The notes under the pieces: generated by a model
Seen by the model: only the letters and a program-made list of their open reading frames with translations
What the model was told of the DNA's origin: nothing
The model's database searches: none
Made by a program: the position numbers and the translations under genes
Shown: positions 26,616-33,900 of the stretch, in pieces
Layout: each line of letters starts with the position of its first letter
Position numbering within the stretch: the first letter of the stretch is position 1
DNA from: Microbacteriaceae bacterium UBA963
GTDB taxonomy: Bacteria > Actinomycetota > Actinomycetes > Actinomycetales > Microbacteriaceae
DNA: 41,399 bases
Reading direction: 5' to 3'
Assembly: GCA_002292955.1 (NCBI GenBank)
Contig: DBCH01000042.1
Location: 537-41,935, forward strand

Positions 26616-28739
26616 TCAGCGACGTGCGCGACGACCAATGAACGACCACAGCGCTAATCGTCGCGCGAGACGCTGTCGACGCGTCAATCCGGTCATCAAC
26701 TCGTTTTCAAGGTCGCTGACAACAAGCCACGCGTTGCGCGCGTCGGCCGCCACGAGAGGATCCGCGGTGTACTCGGCGCGGTCAATGAGGAAAGCCAGTT
26801 GGGGGGCGTCCGGTACCTGAACGTTCGAAACAAGCTCTCGGTTGGTGGTTGACGCCGTCACCACATATCGGGCATCGATGAGCACATCGGCGGCCTGATC
26901 TCGGGCGCCCATGATCCGTTGCCGTGCATTTCCCCCACTCTGCCGCCGCCGACGCCGCCACGCTTTCGCGACCACGATGCACAGGGGAGGCACCATGAGC
27001 AACGCGCCCACGGCAGCGACCCCAGCCAGAGCTCGGAGAATGCCGAAGACGACACCCCACAGAGGATCTGTGTCATCGGTGTCAGCCTCCTCATCTGACT
27101 GTGGGGCCTGCGCGCCCCTAACCTGAGACACATCGGCCGGAGGCGGGTCAACGACCGATTGTGGCGGCGACACCCGATTCGGGTCGTCCGGGGGTGCGTC
27201 CGGGATGGGACGCGACTCGGGAACCGGGTCGATGGCCACCCAGCCGTCACTCGTGTTGACCTCAACCCACGCGCTCAGCTGTGAACCGATGATTTCTGTG
27301 GCGTTCTCGGGGACAACAAAACCCACCGCAACGCGCGCGGGGAATCCCACCTGTTGCGCGAGCAGCGCGGCAGCCACCGAGTACTGCTCGGCGTCGCCAA
27401 TCATGAGTTTGTCGGTGAGCAGCGACGTGATTCGCTCGGCCGAATGCCCGCTTCGTGAGGGCGGCTCGTCGGCTCCGCCATTACTGACATAGCCGTTCTG
27501 GAGGAGTGAGCCGAGCACGGCGACGAGTCGCTCACCGGGTTCTGCCGACGCCTCGCTGTGAGTCGCCACATAGGCCTGCACTCCCGCAGGCTCATCGGTT
27601 ACCACGGTGCGATCCGTGCCCGGCGTGGCGGTGGCCAGTCGGGCGAGATTCGTGGGTTCGATTCCGGGACCGGATACTCGGTACCGGAAACCCTGGGACA
27701 GCCCATTGAGGTCGATGGCGGTTTGCGCCGTGGGGCTGTAGTAGAGCGAGCCGATGCCCGTTCCGTTTGTTTGCATTCCGGCGAGGTCTCCTCGCAGCGG
27801 CAGCCACGGTCCGGTGAGCTGCTCAATCGTGATCTCGGCCGCGTCGGGGTCAACACCGTCGGCCAGGGCGTATCCCGATTGCCGGGTAAAGTCGCCGTCC
27901 GGCGTCCACACCGAATAGCTCACTCCGTCGTAACGCGAGAGCGTGGCAAGGGTCAGCATCTCGCCCGTCGTTGCGTTGGTCACACTGAACATTGGCACCT
28001 CGGCGAGGTCGCCTACTTCGTACGCGCGGAACGCGGAGAGGGGTGAGGGCAGCGAGGCTTCGTCGAGGGTCGGTGACACCCGTGAACGCCAGACTTCGGG
28101 GGGCGCGGTCATCGACAGTGCCACGCCCGCCGCCACAGCACCCACGACAACGGTTGCCCCGATGGCCGTCAGCTTGCGCATCACTCCCCCGGGCGTTGCG
28201 CTCAGCAGCGCCACGAGAACCGTGACAGCGATCAGCGCACCGGATACCACGGCAAAGCGCGGGTCGGCAAGACCGAGCCAGATGGCCACACCGGTCACCG
28301 CAATTCCCGGAACGAGGGCCAACGCGCGCCGGGCAACGGCAGCAGCGAGAACTACCGCCAGTGCCGAGCCGACCAGCGACAGCATGAAGACCGGCACGAG
28401 AAGTGCCCCGAACGAGCCCACGGGTGGCGTAATGGTGACAATCTGCTTCCAGCCCTCAACAGCTCCGAGAAAGAGCGCTTGCTCTCCGCCGAGCGTCGGA
28501 ATGACCCGCCACAGTGCCTGCTGTGGCACGGCGAGGGGTACCCCCGTCACGGCAAAGATCAGCACAAGACCCATGGGCAGTGTCCACCACGGCCACCGAC
28601 GACGCGTCACAATGGCGGCCACTGCGGCTCCCAAGACACTGCCGGCAACAACCGTCACGACAAACTCGGGCGTCTGAAAAACGGGCCACAGCGGTGTCAA
28701 CCCGAGCGCGACCACGAGCACGCCAAACGCGGCCATCAT
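26616..28739 (-). CDS. TgpA-like polytopic membrane protein with extracytoplasmic transglutaminase-fold domain lacking the catalytic Cys and His
   Basis: 707 aa. About 6 N-terminal TM helices, a large loop and one late TM (residues about 560-590). The core region is GDAEQYSVAAALLAQQVGFPARVAVGF..LSAWVEVNTSDGWVAIDP (27228-27398). It aligns with the canonical G-x-C-E-x-[FY]-A..G-I-P-A-R..H-A-W-V-E-V..G-W-x-x-x-D-P, but has Ala at the Cys position and Ser at the His position. The ATGA start overlaps the DUF58 stop. Confidence 0.8.
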   Translation of the reverse strand: MMAAFGVLVVALGLTPLWPVFQTPEFVVTVVAGSVLGAAVAAIVTRRRWPWWTLPMGLVLIFAVTGVPLAVPQQALWRVIPTLGGEQALFLGAVEGWKQIVTITPPVGSFGALLVPVFMLSLVGSALAVVLAAAVARRALALVPGIAVTGVAIWLGLADPRFAVVSGALIAVTVLVALLSATPGGVMRKLTAIGATVVVGAVAAGVALSMTAPPEVWRSRVSPTLDEASLPSPLSAFRAYEVGDLAEVPMFSVTNATTGEMLTLATLSRYDGVSYSVWTPDGDFTRQSGYALADGVDPDAAEITIEQLTGPWLPLRGDLAGMQTNGTGIGSLYYSPTAQTAIDLNGLSQGFRYRVSGPGIEPTNLARLATATPGTDRTVVTDEPAGVQAYVATHSEASAEPGERLVAVLGSLLQNGYVSNGGADEPPSRSGHSAERITSLLTDKLMIGDAEQYSVAAALLAQQVGFPARVAVGFVVPENATEIIGSQLSAWVEVNTSDGWVAIDPVPESRPIPDAPPDDPNRVSPPQSVVDPPPADVSQVRGAQAPQSDEEADTDDTDPLWGVVFGILRALAGVAAVGALLMVPPLCIVVAKAWRRRRRQSGGNARQRIMGARDQAADVLIDARYVVTASTTNRELVSNVQVPDAPQLAFLIDRAEYTADPLVAADARNAWLVVSDLENELMTGLTRRQRLARRLALWSFIGRRARR

Positions 28740-29956
28740 GCGGTGGCTCGATTTCTCGAGAGCAGCTTGGTGAGATCGTCCAAACGACCAATCGTTCCGA
28801 GGGTCAACCGGCCCGACGTGCGCATTCGGGGCGCTGATTCAACAGCGCAGCGCAGAGCCACGACCTCCACGCCGGCACCAAACGGCAGCGATGCCTGTTC
28901 AATCTCCGGCACACCGGCCACCGATCCGGTCACCGCAAAAACGACAGAGACATCGGCGGCGACGTTTGCCGCCAGAGGGGTGAGCCCAACCAAGGGCAAA
29001 CTGTTCGTAGTGAGAACTATCCCGGCGATCTCATCCAGGAGGCGCGCCGGTGAGACGCTCGTGAGCACGCTCATCGTTTCGCCACTCGTCGGGGCCGCAC
29101 GGCCCGAGCGCGCCGGAGTGCTCGAGACACTGGACCGAGAAACGGCGAACATCACGTCACGGCTGTCGCGCAGTGCACGCACCCCCAGGGAGGCGGCCGT
29201 GGAAACGGCGAGTTCAAACTCGGCGTCATCCGCATAGGCCTCGAGACGCGTGTCCAGGAGAATCAACATGCGCGAGCGACGGGTTTGTTCGTACTGACGA
29301 ATCATGAAGCGCCCCGTCTTGGCGCTCGACTTCCAGTGGATGTGGCGCCGATCGTCGCCGGGCACGTACTCGCGCAGGGCGTGGAACGACAGGTCCGAAT
29401 CTGTCAGGTCGCGCGAAGCCTCGCCCTCGAGGTCGCGCACGAATCCCGCACTCAGCGGCGGCAGGTTCGCCGTGGTGGGGTGCACCACGACCTTGGCGGT
29501 ACCCGGCAGGGCAACCGAGCGACGGTAGAGGCCAAACGGATCGCGGCGCACAACCGAAATGGGACCGAGAGGAATCACCGTGCGACGTGGCGCTTCGACC
29601 GTGAGAGTCTTTTCGTGGACCGCACCAACGTTCACGCGCGGTATGCGCTCGGTGACCGTGCGTGCGCCCACGGGTATATCAAGGTCGGTTGCCGAGGTGG
29701 CCCGTCGCGCGGGGCTGACGAGTCGCAAGCGCACCTCCGCAGCGCTGCCGGGCAGCACGCGATAGACCTCAGCGTCAAAGGCCACGGCCAGCAGAGTCCT
29801 TCTGCGCAGGACGGTGAGTCCGAGGAGCGACACCAGCGCGAGTGCCACACCGAGCATCACAACCTCGCGCCAGGCGAGGCTGAGTCCGGCGAGCAGGCAC
29901 GCCACAGTGACCGACCAGACAACCCAGCCGGTTACGGTGACCCACCTCAACAACAT
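28736..29956 (-). CDS. DUF58-family protein (degenerate vWA-like), two N-terminal TM helices
   Basis: 406 aa. Hallmark DUF58 motifs RRDPFGLY and FHALREYVPGDDRRHIHWKSSAKTGRFMIRQYE, followed by MLILLD. Sits immediately downstream of MoxR, as in other MoxR-DUF58 pairs. Confidence 0.85.
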   Translation of the reverse strand: MLLRWVTVTGWVVWSVTVACLLAGLSLAWREVVMLGVALALVSLLGLTVLRRRTLLAVAFDAEVYRVLPGSAAEVRLRLVSPARRATSATDLDIPVGARTVTERIPRVNVGAVHEKTLTVEAPRRTVIPLGPISVVRRDPFGLYRRSVALPGTAKVVVHPTTANLPPLSAGFVRDLEGEASRDLTDSDLSFHALREYVPGDDRRHIHWKSSAKTGRFMIRQYEQTRRSRMLILLDTRLEAYADDAEFELAVSTAASLGVRALRDSRDVMFAVSRSSVSSTPARSGRAAPTSGETMSVLTSVSPARLLDEIAGIVLTTNSLPLVGLTPLAANVAADVSVVFAVTGSVAGVPEIEQASLPFGAGVEVVALRCAVESAPRMRTSGRLTLGTIGRLDDLTKLLSRNRATA

Positions 29957-29974
29957 CAGAAAGCCTGGGCTTGC

Positions 29975-30955
29975 TTACGCCTGACGAACGGGGGTGTCGA
30001 TAAGAATCTGACTCATCACGCTCGTGGCAGTGACGCCGTCGAACTCCGCCTCGGCGTCGAGCACGAGACGATGGGCAAAGACGGCATCGGCCAAATCCTT
30101 GACGTCGTCGGGCGTGACAAAGAGGCGACCCGCTGAGATGGCCGCGACGCGAGCCGCCCTTGTCAGAGCCAGGGCCCCGCGCACGCTCACGCCCAGGCGA
30201 ACCTCGGGGGCCGACCGCGTGGCCTCGGTGAGGCGCGTGATGTAGTCGAGCACCTCGGGGGCAACGTGAATTCCTTCCGCGAGCGCAGCCATCTTGGTGA
30301 CCATCTCGGCCGTCACGATGGGCTCAACGTCGGCGACGGCACGAGCCGAACGCGAGGCGAGAATGTTGACGGTCGCAGCGTGGTCCGGGTACCCCAGGGA
30401 TGTTTTCATGATGAAGCGGTCGAGCTGTGCCTCGGGTAGTCGATACGTGCCCGCCTGCTCGATCGGATTCTGGGTTGCGACGACCATGAACACCTCCCCC
30501 ACCTCGTGCGTTACTCCGTCGACGGTGACCCGGCGCTCTTCCATGACCTCGAGGAGTGCTGACTGCGTCTTAGGGCTAGCCCGGTTGATCTCGTCGGCCA
30601 GCACGATGTTGGCGAAGATGGGGCCCTCGTGAAAGGTGAAACTGCCCTTCTTCTGATCAAAGATGCTCACTCCCGTGATGTCGCCGGGCAAGAGATCGGG
30701 AGTGAACTGAATCCGGGAGTGCGAACCCTTGACACTCTGTGCCATGGCCCGCGCCAGTGAAGTCTTTCCCGTGCCCGGATAGTCCTCAATCAACAGGTGG
30801 CCCTGGCTGAACATCGCCACAAAGGCCAGGCGGATCACGCGGGCCTTGCCCACGACAACCTGATCGACATTGTCAACCAGGCGATCAAAAACGCTCGCGA
30901 AACCCGCGGCCTGCTCATCGGTGACGGGGGTGGGGGTGCTGTCATTCTTTGCCAT
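29975..30955 (-). CDS. MoxR-family AAA+ ATPase
   Basis: Walker A EDYPGTGKTSLARAMA. Walker B and sensor VLADEINRASPKTQSALLEVMEE. FTPDLLPGDITG. Start at ATG 30955 (MAKNDST). The track ORF continues to 31189, but that stretch lies inside the giant upstream gene. Confidence 0.92.
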   Translation of the reverse strand: MAKNDSTPTPVTDEQAAGFASVFDRLVDNVDQVVVGKARVIRLAFVAMFSQGHLLIEDYPGTGKTSLARAMAQSVKGSHSRIQFTPDLLPGDITGVSIFDQKKGSFTFHEGPIFANIVLADEINRASPKTQSALLEVMEERRVTVDGVTHEVGEVFMVVATQNPIEQAGTYRLPEAQLDRFIMKTSLGYPDHAATVNILASRSARAVADVEPIVTAEMVTKMAALAEGIHVAPEVLDYITRLTEATRSAPEVRLGVSVRGALALTRAARVAAISAGRLFVTPDDVKDLADAVFAHRLVLDAEAEFDGVTATSVMSQILIDTPVRQA

Positions 30956-30983
30956 GGTGCATATTCTCTTCTGCTGAGGGCGG

Positions 30984-33900
30984 TTATTCGCCGAAGGTGG
31001 GTACGGGAATCGTGGCCGAGCCGCCGGCGGCGCCGCAGACGCCCTCGGCCGTGCAACCGCGAATGGTGATGGTGAACGGATTGGCGAGGTCGCCGGTGGG
31101 GGCATCAAACGTGAACGAACTGGCGGTGGCAACGTCGGCGACGAGATCGAACCAGCTGGCGCCGATCTGAACTTGCCAGACCGCCACAAGCGCTGCGGCG
31201 CGATCGACCGTGGGAGACACCACGGTTATTCGTGTCGTGCTCGCGTCGAGCGCGGTGAGGGTTGCCTCTCCGTAGGAGGCGGTACCGGGAACCGTCGTGA
31301 CCGTGACACTCGTGACGTCGCCGGCGCATCCCCACGGGGTGACCGCATAGACGGCGAACCAGTAGGTGCCGTCGGCCAACGGCTCGGAATCGCTCCAGGT
31401 GGTGGCCGTCGTGGACGCGGTGGCACCGGTCGCGGGGTCGGCGGGACACGAGGCTGACACCTCACTCGAACTGCGCCACACGTAGTAGACGGGTGCCTCC
31501 GGTGCGCCGCGCCTGTCGGCTGCCGACCACGACAGGTTCATTCCCGACGCATCCGCGCTGAGCCCCCCGCCCCACACCGGCGGGCCGGCGGCCGTCACCG
31601 TGGCCGACGTCTGCCAGTTCCAATCGAGAGTGTCTGAATCGTTGACAGCGGCGACGCGCACCGAGTACGCCGAACCCGCTCGACCCCAGTAGGTGGGAAT
31701 CGACGTGTCGCTCGCGGCCGCCCGCAGGTCGGCGATCAACCCACCGTCCTCGTAAATCTCAACGCGGTAGCCATTCACGGCGCTCGCCCCCGTGGGCGCG
31801 GAAACGGCTGCCCACGACACGTCGATACCGCCACCCGCCGGTCGGGCGCTGTTGTAGTTGACCCTCGACACCGTGACCTCGGCGGGAGCGGGCGGCGAGC
31901 GGTCCGCACCCAGCGGTTCGCTCCATGGACTCGGCGCCGACGTACCCACACCGTTAATCGCGACCACCTGGAAGCGGTACTTGGCTCCCGTGGGCAGTCC
32001 GTCCAGGGTGCACACGGTTGCCGCGCACGTGCGGGTGTAGCCGCCGTCACTGGTCACGACATACTCGGTTATCGGAGAATTGTTTCCCGCGGGAGCCGCC
32101 CAGCTCAGCGTCAGCTCACCGTTCACAAAGCCCGCGGCGCGCACGGGCACCGTGGGCGAATCCGGAACATCCTGGATTGCGATCGTCACCACGCCCCACG
32201 AGTAGCGATCAGGATCGTTGGTGGCATCGGCCACTTCGTACTGCAGGGTGACGTCTGCCGCTCGGGCAGACTCGGCCACCACCACGTTGAGTCGGGACTT
32301 GTCCGGTGAGGGCAACACCGTGACGCCCTCGGGCAGATCGGCCGTATCCGTGCCGCGAACCGCGATGACCCGCAGTGGCGTGTTGGGGAACGGGTTGGTG
32401 GCCTGATCATTGGCGAGCACGTCCACTTCGACCGCCGAGCCGCGACGAACCGTTGCGGTGTCGGACTGCGGAACGGCGAGCGGCCGCGTCGACGGCACAA
32501 TCGCGATGAGCACGGTACCCGCCTTTCCCTCGCTCACCGCATCGGACGGTGTCACCTCGAGGGCGAGGGTGGATCCCTTCACGGCCCCCGGCGCTGCCGT
32601 GATGGTGAGGTTTGTCCCCTCAATGCGTGTCGTGACGCCCTCGGTGGAGCCGCGCAGGCGGAACGTCAGCTCGCCAACGTTCTTGGCGTAGGGGTAACGG
32701 GTAATCTTCACCAGATCGATTTCTTTGGTCGAATCCGGCTCAAGATCAATCTGGGTGTCCTGAAGCACCGGCGGTTGGTTGCCACGCGGCGTGACCACGA
32801 TGGGTAACACAATCACCGCGCGACGACCCTCGGGATCATCGACACTCGAACCGTCGGTGACCTCGAACGAGAGAGACGCGGGACCAAAATAGAGATTCTC
32901 GCTGGTGTACTCAACCGTTCGGTCATCAATCACCAGCTGGTCGCCATTGGCGTGCGTGGCCCGAACCGTGTCGTTCGACGTGAGACGCACCTGCTTGCCC
33001 CCGGCGGCCGTGACGTAGTCGTTGATGTTGATGCGCACCGTTTTCTCGCTCGCGACCGTAATGGGGTCGACTCCCAGTTTCACCTGCGGCCGCGCATCGT
33101 CGGTGCCGGGAACCCAGACAAACGCGTACGACACGATGGACGGATCATCGGGGTGGGTGACGCTAAAGGGAATCACCTGAGATTTCTGACCCACCGTGAC
33201 ACGAATCTTGTTGCCCGATTCAACCCGGGCATTCCCGGGATATCCGGCCACGATGCTCGGGGTGAGCGTGCGAACATCGCCATCCGCCCAGAAGGCGTTG
33301 GCGAGCGGATCCACGACAACCTCGCTGCGCGTGAGAATCTCGGTGAGGGCCACCACGCTGTCGCTCAGCACGGGAGCGTTGAGGGGCGCATCGCTGCGCA
33401 CGTCTAGCGTGATGAAGCTCGAGGCCGTCCCCGCCACATCGTTGGAAATTTCATAGATCAGCCCGTACGTGCCCGGCTGATCGGGCACCATGATGAAGAC
33501 CTGGTTTGCCAGGATTTCTGCCGTGATTCCCGGAGTGGTGGGTTCAACCGAGGTGATGGTGAGCGGACGACGTCCCGGGTCGCTGTCGTTGGCCAACGGA
33601 TCAACCACGATGGTGCGCCCCGGTCGCACCACTACGGCGTCGGGCGCCGCCGAGGGCGACGTTGACCCTGTGGCCACGGAGGCGATGCCCACGCGGATGA
33701 CCCCGCTGGCCTCCGCTCCGAATCCGTCGAGGACGGAGTACAAGAACACGTCTGTTTCCGTTGCATACGGACCGGCCTCGTACTCTATCCAGTCGGCACC
33801 CACCGCGGTCACGGCACCCTTGGTGGGATTCGAGGCCAGACCTGCGAGCTGAACGTTGTCGCCATCAGGGTCAGCTTTGGCCAGCGGCAGGGGAATGCGA

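Noticed and set aside
26616-28739. Annotating the TgpA-like protein as an active transglutaminase or cysteine protease.
   Set aside because: In my manual alignment the catalytic Cys position reads Ala (GDAEQY) and the His position reads Ser (SAWVEV). Only the fold, not the catalysis, is supported.
30956-31189. N-terminal 78-codon extension of the MoxR ORF (track ORF 29975..31189).
   Set aside because: The extension lies entirely inside the 3' end of the giant gene and is a Pro/Arg/Ser-rich low-complexity translation. MoxR homology begins right after ATG 30955.
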